Positions 1 through 12,286 are shown, numbered from the whole stretch's first letter. The stretch: 62,121 nucleotides of DNA, filler included, from Rhabdomonas costata (GCA_019059605.1; 30 parts of 30 records of this genome joined end to end with filler, not necessarily neighbours in it); one strand, 5' to 3'. Notes: generated by a model not told the origin, from the letters alone. Program-made: numbers and translations.

Positions 1-1978
1 GGGGTGTGGGTGAATTTGGCCTTTAGGCCTGCTTGGTTGAGGGTCAAAAATGGGGTGAAATCGACCCTCCAGAAATCGATCCAAATTGCTGTTTTGAGGG
101 GGGGGGTGCTGAAAAGCGCGTTTTTACGCCGATTTGAGCCGTTTTGGGTGTTTACTTGGCTTTTTAAGCTACGTTCGCCTTAAAAACAACCTGTTTGTGC
201 ACGCCAACGTCACCATTTACAAATCAGCGAAGATAACCAGCGCGGCCGGAGGGTTAATACTTCACCTCACGGTTCATTCCTGGGAGTGGGGGGAGGGGCA
301 AGGGATGTTTTCCTTTTGGGTACCCGCTAACCCTAAGTGAGCAGCAAACCGCTGATGTGTCCGAGCTGCTTCGCCCTGTTGACCCACTTCTCGGGTCTTT
401 TGGTCCCGCCTTCTTCGCACTGGACTTCTCAGTCGTTCAACGGGAGCGTGGAGCAGCTCCACCTGCAGCTTTGTGCGCTAACGAGCCAAGCGGGTGACCG
501 GTGCCCACCCCCCTCAACACTGGGTATTGTTGTTTGGTGTGTAGTGTAGTTTGGTTTGGTTTCTTGTTCGTGTTCCGTCGCTTTCCCAGGTGATCTTAGA
601 TTCAGGACTTTCTCGACCTATACTCCCGTTAGATTCTCCCCCTGACCACCCTTGTGCTACACTGTATTTCGTGTCTTGTTTCAGAAGTAGAGGCAAACCA
701 CAACAACGACAACCTCCTTCCTGCTCTTTGTCTAGCTGCTTCTGCCTCACGGTTTTTTCTCCGCGGTGTGTTGACCACTGCACAGGACAATTTTTTTTGC
801 ATTCTTTTTGTTGGCGACAGTTTCCGGCTCATCTGTAAATTATTTTGCCTGTTCATTTCCTAACCTCCTACCCAGCTGGCGCTCGTGTTCCACGTTTCTA
901 CCGGTCTCCCCCTTAGCTTAGTCTGCTTTGATGTCGCCTGCACAGTGCTGACTGGTGTCTGCGCTAGGGGGGGGGGTACACAATCATGTTCCGGAAGAGC
1001 CGATCTGGCATTCAAAAGCAAGCGGGGAACCCACCAACCCAAGGCCAATCGCTTGGGCCAGTCCCACAAAAACCCGTTTCCAAACCGCAGCAAGTGTTGG
1101 CCACGACCGGAGCAAACTCCACGCCTTCTTCGGCGCACGAGGCCGAGTGCATGGCTTTTTACTGGGCGCACCTTCTCCTGCACGCAAGGTGAGCGGTACA
1201 GCTCGACCACGACAGGTCAACAGCGAGATTTCTGGCGCGATCGCATTGAGGAGAGAACCAAGGTATTGGCTCAGAGCGTCTTGGGTTCCAGAGAGGCGAA
1301 AGGGATGGTGAGTGCCAGTATGTGAACTTGCAAGCACCAGACAGTCACGCAACAGGAAAAGTGCGGTCTGACGAGGCTGTCCAGGTGTTTGGCACAAAAG
1401 GGATCAAAGCGCCACCCCGTATGTACTATTGGCACCACGTTTGTGCGGGCATGCCCTGTAATGGCACAAATTTAAATATCTTTTTTCGTGTCTAAGGCGT
1501 GCGGGCAGCGCCGTCACGCTGCACTATTGGCACCCCGTTTGTGGGCCCTGTCATTGTTGGATGAAGGCATCAAAGTGTGTTTGGGGTTGCACATAAAAAT
1601 AATTGTTGGAATTGTTGGAATTTTCACACAAAAATAATCCAGACTTGGAATTGTCAGCAGCAGCATCGCGAAAGCAACTGCTTCCGACGATCCTGAGGTA
1701 GCATTTTGCTATTAGCGGTCCGACAAGGCAAACCCTGACCTTCGTCTTCCGTGGAGCTTAAATGGGAGTTTTTCTCGCTTACAACCCCCAGACAAACACA
1801 AAACAGAGCGAGAGAACGGAGGGAGGGAGGGCGCGTTCATGGGAGGCTTTTCGCGCCACGACATGCCACTCCTACGATGGATTCGCCACTTTGAAAAACA
1901 AAAAGTTTCTGTTTCTTTCCTCTTCCAATCGGTTCCGTTTGTATGGTCAAAATTAAATAAGGCAAACGTTTTCACTAA

Positions 1979-2078
1979 NNNNNNNNNNNNNNNNNNNNNN
2001 NNNNNNNNNNNNNNNNNNNNNNTTAATTAATTAANNNNNNNNNNNNNNNNNNNNNNNNNNNNNNNNNNNNNNNNNNNN
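1979..2078. other. Artificial contig linker N44-TTAATTAATTAA-N44 (first of 29 identical linkers, one about every 2.07 kb)
   Basis: The same 100-bp spacer with an all-frame stop core recurs at 1979, 4054, 6129, 8204, 10279 ... 60049. The 30 contigs between linkers are all about 1.97-1.98 kb. Confidence 0.98.
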
Positions 2079-2381
2079 TTGGTGTAAGCCTATGTGAAGA
2101 TACTGTGAAAAGGGTATGGGCAGGGCAGGTTATGCTTCGTGAAAAGGCTGCGCTGTCGGACGCCAATGTGACCTTCTGGGGTTGGATAAAAGTGATCAGG
2201 ATTTTCCAGCTCAAGCTCCAGGCAACGAACAAAAGCCGTGTTTCTATCTCTACTGAAAGGGTGGGATTGGTCAGGGGAGGGGTTTCATATGGCAGCCCGG
2301 GCTCCAACAGTAGCCCGAGCTTGAGCGTGGGATTGCGAGCCTCCTTCGCGAAGTGGGGAATCACTGATGCATTTATTCGCA

Positions 2382-3770
2382 ATGCGTTTTTTTGTCATTT
2401 GCAGCTGCTGCAAGCGGTCTTTCAGCTTCAGCAGCTCGAGGTTTGCAGCTCCCGCTGCAAAGTACCTTGAAATTTACAGTGGTGACTTTGAGACGCAGTC
2501 CTATCCTGTCCAGCTTCTGGGTATGCATTTCCTTTGTTTTGCTTGTGTTTCTGCTCAATGAACACTGAATGACCGTTTTGTGGTGGTCTCTCCCTCTCCT
2601 TCAGGTGGAACCCACACCTCCTTCGCAAAAATGCTGTACAAATTTGCCGGTATGACGGCGTCCCTTCCTCCGGTTTGCAATTCTGCCTGCAAATTGACGT
2701 TTCCACCACTTGTTGGGTTCACAGAGCAAGCCGAAGGCGGCAACTTTGACGTTTACATCGAGGACTTCCAAAAGCTTTCCAAAATTGCGGCCGACGTCGG
2801 TCCTTTCTGGATTGAGCAGGACGTTCTCAATGACCCCGCCTTCTCTGCACTGAGCCCCGGCTTCCGCTTCGCCCTTGGTTTGAAACAGCGCACCACGACT
2901 TGCATGTCGATGATTGATGTGAAATGCAAAAGACGTAATTTTGCTCATTCTACTTCAGGTTGGATGCAGAGCGAGCGAATGCTTGATAGTCTTCAGAACG
3001 TGAAGTCGTCATACCAAGAGTTGGTCGATGCCTTGGCGAAGCAGATCCGCGCTACCATCACTGTGCCTTGGGTTGTGCCCCTCCCCCCATCCCCCACCAG
3101 TTCGCGCGCATTTTGCAGGGGGTCAGCCAGTGAATGTCTAGGGTTTTTTTGTCTCGTGTCTAGGGTTTAAGTATGTTCGGGATCCAGCAAAGCCCTGAGT
3201 CAGAATGTGGGGTATCAGTTCTCGGGCATATTGCAGGTGGTCAAATGAATGAATAGAGAACAGATGCATCGAAAAGTTCACGTGACAACACATGAACGAA
3301 ACGGCAATCTCTGCTTGTGGTGGTGGTTGATCTTTCGATGAGTTTCAACTCAACAGGACCCCTCGTCGAACCGCAGCGAGATTGAGCGCATTGAGGCGGA
3401 GGCCAAAGAGCTGTACTCGGCCCGCAACCCCGGCACTGCACCCAAGGTTATCTTCCAAATCGAGGTGTTTGTTTTATTTTGCCCTTGTTTTCTTCTTCCC
3501 TCCTTGCTCGTGTCCTTTTTTTGTTACTGACGAACAATTTTTGTCTTCCATGCGTTTGGTCACTAACCCTTCTCTATTCTGCAAAACTTGCCTGCCAGAT
3601 CCTGCACCCCAATGTCTACAGCATTATCTTTCTCGAAGAAGTGGGTGTCTCTCGCTGAAGTAAAATTTTTGCAGGTGAACCCGAGCCTGAAGGACGGCTA
3701 CACGTTTGAGATCGACAACCTGTTTGTCAACAAGTCTGCTGCGGCCATCGCGGCCTCGGCCTCCGCTGCG
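2382..3770 (+). CDS. OSCP: Mitochondrial F1Fo ATP synthase OSCP subunit, euglenozoan type (6 exons, 3'-partial)
   Basis: GT-AG exons 2382(or 2405)-2520, 2605-2649, 2725-2877, 2959-3071, 3357-3464 and 3675-3770 splice in frame to ...RSFSFSSSRFAAPAAKYLEIYSGDFETQSYPVQLLGGTHTSFAKMLYKFAEQAEGGNFDVYIEDFQKLSKIAADVGPFWIEQ...FALGWMQSERML...KVIFQIEVNPSLKDGYTFEIDNLFVNKS. This resembles trypanosomatid OSCP (YxxDFE, FAKxLYK, PxFW, WMQ) and the universal OSCP C-terminal VDPSI..G motif. The R/S-rich N-terminus looks like a targeting peptide. The start codon is uncertain. Confidence 0.85.
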
Positions 3771-6391
3771 GTACTGCTTTGGCACTGTGTTAGTTTACTT
3801 TCCTCCAGGAGAAAGGGCCCAGGTTCCGCACGTTGAGTTCTCAGAGCTGCGCTCACAAAAGCCTGTTTCATAACCCTCAGTACCATTCAATTTACTACTT
3901 TGCTACGCGATTCTTTATTGGGGGTGGTCGCCTCCCCCCAGAAATTTATAACAATAATAATATTAATAAAGCTGTCATCTGGCGAAGTTCAGCAACCTGC
4001 TCAGCAGCCCGCCCAACCCACCCAGGGCATTTCTCATTGGCTCACCCAAAACANNNNNNNNNNNNNNNNNNNNNNNNNNNNNNNNNNNNNNNNNNNNTTA
4101 ATTAATTAANNNNNNNNNNNNNNNNNNNNNNNNNNNNNNNNNNNNNNNNNNNNACAAAGCTTTTCGTCAGTTGGTTGGGAATTCGGACAGACGACACTGG
4201 ACAATTGAATTCGGACAGAAATGAATGGTGTGGTTGACATCCAAAGAAGTCGAACAGGAACTGAATTAAAGGTGAAACCACGCCATGTGTCACGAAGCAA
4301 CACCACCTCGCGTGCCAGTGGGCAATGGTGAAATGTTCTCGAAACGTCTCGAAACGTCTTCTATTCATGTTGAGTACTTCCCATTTTTCATGTTAAAGGT
4401 TGGCCTGCCGTGAAAAACGAACGAGAGGGGGTGGGCACACCGTAAACGCCCTTGGATGCGCAATAATTCTGGCTGCCGATGGCCCCACAGAAAACGAAGC
4501 CTCAGCACAAGCTGACCGGCGCGGGATGCGGTGCGCTCCGTGGCCACATGAGGAAAACAACGGAGAACGAAGAAAGGGACTATCGACAGAGAGGGAAGGG
4601 AGGTGGGGGGGGAAGTGAGCGAGGGAGAGAGGGAAGAGACAAAAAGGGACAACTCGGCAGCGGAGAAAGTGCCGCTTCACGACCAAAGGATGCGAGCAAA
4701 GCAAATCCAAAGGCAGCCAAAGCAAAGGCAAAGGCAAAGGCAAGGAAGACAAATAAACAGAAGCACTGCAAATGGGCCGGTAAAAGAAGCACTCTATGCC
4801 TGGAACCTGCGGGGCAAATCGGGGTGTATTCGTTTTAGGCCCAGGAGGAACTTGGAATTTTTAAAGTTCCGAGTTCTTCTTACTCTTAGTTCTTCTTACG
4901 GGGGCTTCTCTCTTAGAGCTCGCTTTGGGCTAATACCTCGTGCACAGCCTCAGTCCAAGTTTTTTGCGAAGATCTCTACAGCTGCTGCCAAAAAATACCA
5001 CAACCCACACAAGCGAGGTGACAGAACACGCTCGGGAGCCATCGTCTGTATGCCAGGCCGCCCAGTCGTTCCCGCAACTTTTGCTTCCTCCGCTGCGAGG
5101 AAGTGTACGGTCACTGAGAAGAAAAGGGGCCGCAGGCGTCGCCTTGCTGCGAACCTTTGCGCGACTCCACTGTACCGCTGGCGCCTAGGAGAGGCGTCGC
5201 GGCTCTAAACCAAAAACTCGTCGTTTGTTAAAAATCGCGGTGACTAGCGAGACATGACAGGTCCTTCGACAGGGAAGCTGCCAACCGTCTGGAGAGCCTT
5301 CACAGCCTAAGGCGCGTTTGGTAAGAGGGGTGCTTGATCTGGAACAGCGGAACAGGGCAACGAACACGAAGAAAGAAGAGGGCCGCCTTGAAGGTGACCC
5401 CCAAGTCCAAGGCAGTGGGGTTGTCGGAAGGCCCCTCCCCCAAAGCGGTGCTGAAGGAGAACTTTTGGCTGGGTTCTCTGGAAGGGATTTTGTCCATCTG
5501 CACTGCCTTTTTCAGCGATCCCCTCCCGAGCCCACGGCCTCGAGATTTCACTTGCAGTTTTCGTGTCTAAATGCGCTTCTAGTTTGGTCTGCCAATTCTG
5601 AGCGAGAGAAAAGATGGTGGCGCGAGGTGCATATTCTGCCTAACATGGTTGCGCTTGCGTGCACGTGCATTTTGTGCAGAAGCGGAGGCAAGGATTGTAA
5701 GGTGAGGGGTTTCGCTGTACAGACTAAAAACCAAAATCAATTAAACAAAAATGAAAGAAGTTTGATAAGCTGAAACTGATAACTTGACATTCGCAAGTTG
5801 TTTAGTAGGACAACACAACTGACAAATTTGCTTTTCACTCATGGCTGAAATGGATCTTTCAACGAAACAAAAGCTTGAAATGTCCTTGGAAGAGGCATTC
5901 ATTTTATTCGAGTTTTGGTGCAATTTGTTTTGTAATTTTCCAATCCAACCCTGCTGTGTCGTTCAGTTGGAAGGCGGAGGGCGTGGCCACAATTTGCTGT
6001 AGTGTGTAGTGTTGCATATCGATCAAGAGACGAGCTTGTGTGGAAGACTTGAAAGTGGTGAATACAGGAGAGCTGGGTCGAAGGGAAAGGGAAAGGAGGT
6101 TATGTCCCAAAAGTTTGTACCCAACACCNNNNNNNNNNNNNNNNNNNNNNNNNNNNNNNNNNNNNNNNNNNNTTAATTAATTAANNNNNNNNNNNNNNNN
6201 NNNNNNNNNNNNNNNNNNNNNNNNNNNNGTTTGTTAATTCCCTTATTCACATTCAAGCACCAGAGCATTTTCATGCTTGCGTGCACGAGGTTTTTTCTGT
6301 TCAATTTCCGGATTGCAAATTGCTCTCACCGGAGCAGTGGGACTCCAAGAGACATCGGGACATGGAGAAGGCGGAGGACCAAAGACCAAGC

Positions 6392-7914
6392 TCAAGAGTC
6401 TCCAACTTCTTTGATGGCTGAGGCCCTTGATTTGGCTATGAGCTTGTGGAAATGAATGCTCACCTGGCTTTCGCAAAAAAGGATGTGCACTCGCCCTCCA
6501 CCTGGGCATGCGTGTATCAAGAAACAAAAAACGGCACATACTGTCGCCGTGTTTGCGAAAGGAGCGGTCGTGGTGGCGGGGATGCCGAAGTGCCTCTTCT
6601 CATCCTCCGTGAAAAACTGCGCGATGACCTGGGCTTGGCTGAGACTGAGCTCTTTCAAGGGCTTGGTGAAGTCTTCGATGCAGGCTACGGTGCAGGCAGA
6701 GACACATGGAAAGGGACAATACAGGCCACACTCAGCTGGGAACCACAGCCGTGTCAAAACTGAGGATACCAGGTACCAGGTACGTGAAAGTGAGGTGGTA
6801 AAACATTAAAATTACACTCCAGTACAGTACGTTCCCTTGTTTTGGGAGTCCTTCCTGGTCGGTATCGCCCGTGTCTAGCCTCTTCAGCCACCCTGCGGAC
6901 CCTCCCCAATCGTCGGAGGCCTTATCGGAATCGGGGGCACTTGTGTCGGACCAAAACGTAACCCTATGTCCTGGGTCACATAGTGGCATATTCCCGAGAT
7001 GATTTAATTGGCTGTTTTCCTGCCTGGGAGCCCTGGGAGATCGATCGGCATTCAGCTTTTCAAGGACATTTTCGAGCGCCTAAGGTGCGCTCTTTGACTT
7101 TTGCAGGCCTGCACACTGGGCCAACGTCCTCAGCCAGGCATCGGCGTCATTTGTTTTAAAACTACTGAACCCAAGATCCCACCGGGTGAAAAGGGAACCA
7201 GATATGCAGTGGAGTGTTGTATGGTAGGGTATTGTATGTTGGGTGTTGGGGTGTCACAAGCGCACCAACTCCTCGGCCCCTGATGCTCTATTGCGATGTC
7301 ATGCCGCATCCGAGGACCAGCCTCGAAAAATGGGAGCTCACAATGAAAAGTGGACCCCCCCTCAAGTGCTCAACCGTCGTCGCGGCAGCTCTTCTGCAGA
7401 AGGGCACCAGCAACCTGGTGGCTCTGCCACACGCAGCTGACGACAAAGGACCGGGTGTTCAGCAAAAACGCCAGCCTGCCTCGGGCGCGCTCCAGCATTG
7501 CACTCAGTTTGGCTTTCTCCTGGGTGCCAAATAAACAAAACAGCAATATATGTCCGACACCAATTTGAACCTTGAAGCAAAGTGTGGTTCGCCGCTTCAA
7601 CAGTAGCAGGGAGATGCAGCCAACCTTCCACTTCCAGTCACATGGCACCAAAGGTCACAGCGAAATATACCCAAGCTGGGCTTATCCTCCAGACAAAAAG
7701 ATGACCCGCGCAAACACTTACAGCACTGGAGTCAGTCAGGGGTGTGGTGCACACAAAAGCAAGCAAAACATATGCTGCATATCAGGCAGGATCTATCACG
7801 AGATGGATGTGGCTCGATGCTCGGAGCTGTTGCTTTGTCCGAAGTTAGCAGAGCGCATTATTGCTTCTCACCTGGCGAAGCTCGTCCACCTCGTTCGCCA
7901 GACGCTGTCTCTCC
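6392..7914 (-). CDS. Multi-exon gene fragment, probable coiled-coil protein of unknown function
   Basis: Phase-compatible AG/GT-bounded exons 7914-7872 (ERQRLANEVDELRQ) and 7519-7415 (EKAKLSAMLERARGRLAFLLNTRSFVVSCVWQSHQ), plus an exon at 6684-6542 (CIEDFTKPLKELSLSQAQVIAQFFTEDEKRHF...). The intermediate exons are unresolved and no family was recognised. Confidence 0.4.
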
Positions 7915-8381
7915 CTGAAGTATTCAGCACTCTTTCCGTCCGAGGGGGAGACGAAATGGCCGTGATTCGGGCAAGTTTCCCGCACAGGGCTGTTCAGGTG
8001 CCTGGGATGTGCAGTTCCCGGACATTCTCCGATGGACACAGGGTGTAGACGAGGCCGGCATTGAGTGGACTTGTCCGCCTTGCCTACGGGAACACCCGCC
8101 TGGTGCCTCCCAGAAAAATGAAGATCACACTGTACAGCGAGAGAGTTGGTTGCTCGCTGTCTGGACGGAACGCCGAAATTCCGCGCATGAGCTGCCGTCA
8201 TGGNNNNNNNNNNNNNNNNNNNNNNNNNNNNNNNNNNNNNNNNNNNNTTAATTAATTAANNNNNNNNNNNNNNNNNNNNNNNNNNNNNNNNNNNNNNNNN
8301 NNNTGTGTGTTTTTTCTGCTCTTTCATCACTCCCGGACGATTCCACACAGGAGTCACCACCGCTTGGCGTGCCTTCTCCAG

Positions 8382-9626
8382 GTTGTTGTGGATGGCTCCA
8401 AGAAGGTCATCCTGGTGCACTACCCCCTGCGCTTCATCCACAAGCTTCGCAGGATGCACAAGACTCTGGTGGCAGAGATGGAGAAGAAGTTCTCTGGTCG
8501 GCATATCATCTTCGTGGCGAAGCGGGACATCATCCGGAAGCCGAAAAGGAGCAGCCAGAAGATTCCCAGGTGGCTGTGATTGGAGGGTGGTCGTACCCTT
8601 ATCACTTCCCTTCACTTTGGCATAATTGGAAGGAAGGCTGCTGTCTCCTTCCTCTTAAGAAGTCCTGGTTTCCTTCTCTGTTCTCCCTCTCCTCCTTGTG
8701 TTTCTTCTCCGTGATTCTAATTCCTCAAAAATATAGGTGATATCCGGTGGGCGAATCGAAAGTAATGTTGTAGTGGTGGTTTTGGATCCCCGTCGTTTTA
8801 CTTGTTTATGGATGAAGTTCACCTTCTGAAGCCGTGAATGTCACCGCCTCGCACAGTCGTAAGTGCTTGACCGATCTGCATCACAATACCGATTGAACCT
8901 AAATTCCTTTTCACGACTAAGATTTGCCATGCTGCAGACCATGCACAAGTTTACATAGCCGTTCTGCGGATGCTCAGCTCCAGCGCAATGTGCTTTGCCT
9001 GTTTTTGTGTGTGCAGGACACGAACGGTGACCAAGGTGAACGAGCGCACCCTGGAGGACATTTGCTTCCCTCTGGACATCGTGGGCCGGCGGTGGAAGCA
9101 CAAAGTGGGGGGCCACAAGGTCTTCAAGGTCTTCTTCGACGCTCGCGAGAAGGATAGGGCGGAGCCTCGCCTGGAGGCTTTTGCCGCGGTGTACAAGAGG
9201 CTGACTCACTTCGCCGTGTCCTTTGGGTTTATGACGAAGTACGCCGCCGCGCCTCACACCAACCGTTCCCAATTCTCGCCGCCAAAGGATCTCTTCGCTT
9301 CTTTGCACATGCATGAATCTTATCCATTACGTCCCGATTTCAATAAATGGGAATACTAAGGATTGCACTGCTTTTTCCCTGGCACAGCGTCAGTCCGTCC
9401 AATGAGATTATGGGGAAGATGTCATTTTTCGGGAGTTGTGCAGGTTTCGGTGCATCAGGACAGAGTCCTTTCTGACGGGCTTTTGGTTGCTTAACGCTTT
9501 TTTGTACTTTGTGCTGGGTTTTCGTGGACGTCGAGCGACTGATATGGTCAGCCAGGTCAGCCATCAGCAAGTGTTTCATTTGCTTCGCCTTCTTCACTCA
9601 GCCCTTTGCTGCAGCAGTTCCTGTGA
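8382..9626 (+). CDS. RPS7: 40S ribosomal protein S7 (eS7), last three exons
   Basis: Exons 8382-8569, 9017-9238 and 9602-9626 (two phase-2 GT-AG introns) give VVVDGSKKVILVHYPLRFIHKLRRMHKTLVAEMEKKFSGRHIIFVAKRDI...KIPRTRTVTKVNERTLEDICFPLDIVGRR...VYKRLTHFAVSFGFMTNPLLQQFL*. The eS7 motifs EKKFSG.H..F.A.R, LED..FP..IVG.R and VYK.LT are present. Confidence 0.95.
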
Positions 9627-10850
9627 GGCTGGCACCGGTGAAGAGGTGCTGTGGCTCTCGCTTCCCGAAGTGGGTGCTAACTCCACCAAAATCCTCCGCT
9701 CTGGTCTGGACACCACAGTTTTGGTTCTCCTTTGTTGGTGATTGTTTGCTTCGCATGGGGGCAGGGCGATGGGCGATCTCATATGGCCGTTGTGGTAATG
9801 TTGCATCACTTTGCCAGCTGTCTGCTAGGAACTGCGACTTGTAGCTGTTGCAGGCCGAACCAGGCTTGATTTTTTGTCACCAGCTGAGTGCACCTATTTC
9901 GCGCGTACTGAATAGGACGCAGTCTGTCAGGTAAGAAGAGGCTTCACGCAGCCTTGAGTCAATGTTTTGGACAAAACATTTTGGTTCAACAAAGCGTGAG
10001 CTCACATCGGGCACAGGTGACAAAAACAGATGGGATCGATCGAGTGAAAATCGCCGGGGAGTTATTTTGTCGGTTTTTCGGCAAGACTTCCGTCAGAAAG
10101 GTTGGTGATTCCTCGAACACTCGAGCTTAAGCACGAATTACAATGCGAAAAAAAAACGTCATCGAGATCGCTGTATGCGTGTTGGCCTCCTAACCAGCAA
10201 ATTCTCCTGGGGACACGGAGAAAAACGCAAGCAAACGATTCTGAAACGGCGCCGCCCATCAACCAACGCACACAAACCNNNNNNNNNNNNNNNNNNNNNN
10301 NNNNNNNNNNNNNNNNNNNNNNTTAATTAATTAANNNNNNNNNNNNNNNNNNNNNNNNNNNNNNNNNNNNNNNNNNNNGGGGTTTGGGGACAGGATCTAT
10401 TGGTCTCGCAGGGGGTTAAGTGGCTATTTACGTGCGCCCTACGATAGAGGATGTCGCATGGGGTTAGGGAGCGATGTACGTGCCCCTACATGCATAGGGG
10501 TAGGGGGCGGAACCCCCGCGCAACCGCGCAACACACCCTCAATTGCACGTACCTTGGATCCGCAAAATGCACCGTAAAGGGGTAAATGGGGGAGATCCCC
10601 AAAATGCGCCTACGCCACAAAAGACCCCCAGGCCAGCTTCGGCATCGCCCTTCACAGACGCTGAAAAATTGGGCTGCCAGTCAACTCAATCTTGGCAGCT
10701 AGGAACGAGAGTGTGTGGCATCCTTAGGTATAATTACATTTACATCATTCCATTTAATGATCAATGATCAAAATTTAATGTTAATGTGAGAACGGGATTG
10801 GGCACGGGGTGAGAATGGGCTGTTGTGTTGAGGGGGGGGCGTACTTGCAG

Positions 10851-10960
10851 GACAAGCTGAAGGGTCGCAAGCAGAACCGGCGCTGCACGGGGTTCATCTC
10901 GAACCAAGTCCGGCTGATCACCAGCAAGATGGCCCGTCCTGCCGTGGCCCCGTGCGTGCG
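10851..10960 (+). CDS. Isolated candidate exon, unknown protein
   Basis: Bounded by TTGCAG and GTACGT, GC3-rich like other exons, reading DKLKGRKQNRRCTGFISNQVRLITSKMARPAVAPCV. No homology recognised. Confidence 0.35.
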
Positions 10961-11838
10961 GTACGTCCACCTTTGTATACATACAGGATACCCTAAAATA
11001 CAGTTACAGTTACTTCTGCCCACTTGACGTGACTAGGAACCATTTGGAATGGAAAACGGGTCGCGTTAAAGCTGGTGGAGGTAAAAGTCACCCAGTTTTT
11101 AACGCATTCTTTTTGCATTCTTTGAGCATTCCGCCGATAAATGTGCCGAGGGTTGATATCTTCTTTGATGTGGCGTAGCGTGCACGCGTGGTTTGTGAGG
11201 AGCGATGTATGCTGGGAGAAGAATACCTGTGGTGCGTGTGTGTGTGTCTGCTTCTGTATCTTTCATCTCTAACCTCACGTTTTTTTTTGCGCAATTGAAG
11301 CTGAATTAAGCGGACAAAACTCAGTTTAAAAAGGATCCTCTCCATAGTAAAAAAGGCGCTATGGCATTGTGGGGACCCCCCCCCGTATCAAGTGTATTTT
11401 TGGGACACCCAGCTTTCTTTGAGATTTTCCATTGTTCCATAATAGTTTATTTCCAAATCTCGTAGGGAGGTGGGGGTTGAATCAATGGGAAACGAATTCG
11501 TCCGCTCCGGTGTCACGTGTTATCAAGAAAAAGTAGCATATTTATCATCTCGCAGAAAGCTCAGGGAAACAGAAACTGAAAAATAAACGGCGCTCCTTCG
11601 GCAGTGTTCCTTTTTTTATTTCTGTCTCTCTTTTTCTCCTCATGTCGACAACTTATGATGTTCTCGACCTATGCGGGAATGAAGCGAAGCTTCGGGAATG
11701 GCTAAGGAGCTATGGGGTGCTCAAAGAGCTTCCTTTAGCTTCCTTTATTGAAAGAGTCAGGGTTAGGTAAACTGACCTCCTCCCAGAAAAAGGAACACGG
11801 CCGAAGGTATGCCACGTATTTATAACCCCCTACGTAGG

Positions 11839-12249
11839 TTCCTGTTTTAGCACCTTGCATGGTTGCGCAGGGCCTAACGTGCGCAATTCCATTCGCAACT
11901 GGGTTCGGCTTAAGAGGCAAGGTGAGTCTCATGCTGGTGATTGGGTGAGTCCTCGCTCCTCGGGCTCCACTTCGGTGCCGCCGAATACCGCCTGCTGCTG
12001 CAATTCCAGTTCCCCTTTTCCCACCTGGCGGCGGGGTCTCCGTGTGAGAACTGTGGGGAACCTCTTGATGTATTGGGCGATCACGTCGTCATGTCGCCAC
12101 GCTGGTCTCTGGGGTCGCCACAAAGCGTTACGCGACTCTGTTGCGGCGAAAGTTTCCGTGGCGGTTTTAGCCCTAACGTGGAGCAACCGGTTGCGGGGCG
12201 CAAGCGGCCAGCTGATGTTTTGATGTATTCCTGTTTTAGCACCTTGCAT
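11839..12249 (+). mobile_element. Degenerate fragment of an RLE-type (CRE/R2-like) non-LTR retrotransposon bracketed by a 22-bp direct repeat
   Basis: 11861-12227 reads, across frameshifts, RLKRQGESHAGDW...LGLHFGAAEYRLLLQF...PCENCGEPLDVLGDHVV/SCRHAGLWGRHKALRD...VEQPVAGRKRPADVL. This is the CCHC knuckle, RH motif and RPAD start of the restriction-like endonuclease. TTCCTGTTTTAGCACCTTGCAT occurs exactly at 11839-11860 and 12228-12249. Confidence 0.8.
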
Positions 12250-12286
12250 CTCGGGCTGCGGAGCGCTGCGCTCCGCAGCCCGAGAT
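12248..12286. repeat. Perfect GC-rich palindrome/hairpin (19-bp arms, 1-nt centre)
   Basis: ATCTCGGGCTGCGGAGCGC-T-GCGCTCCGCAGCCCGAGAT; the arms are exact reverse complements. Confidence 0.95.

Noticed and set aside
2023-2034. Regularly spaced TTAATTAATTAA repeat that could be mistaken for a CRISPR-like or biological array
   Set aside because: It is always centred in 88 Ns, so it is an assembly linker with stops in all frames.
4154-6128. Several 100-200 aa ORFs in contig 3
   Set aside because: Overlapping frames on both strands, low-complexity GCAAAG repeats and no recognisable motifs or consistent exon chain.
9393-9480. Possible intronic box C/D snoRNA in RPS7 intron 2 (ATGAGA ... CTGA with short terminal complementarity)
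   Set aside because: The C box is non-canonical, the stem overlaps the D box, and no guide target could be verified.
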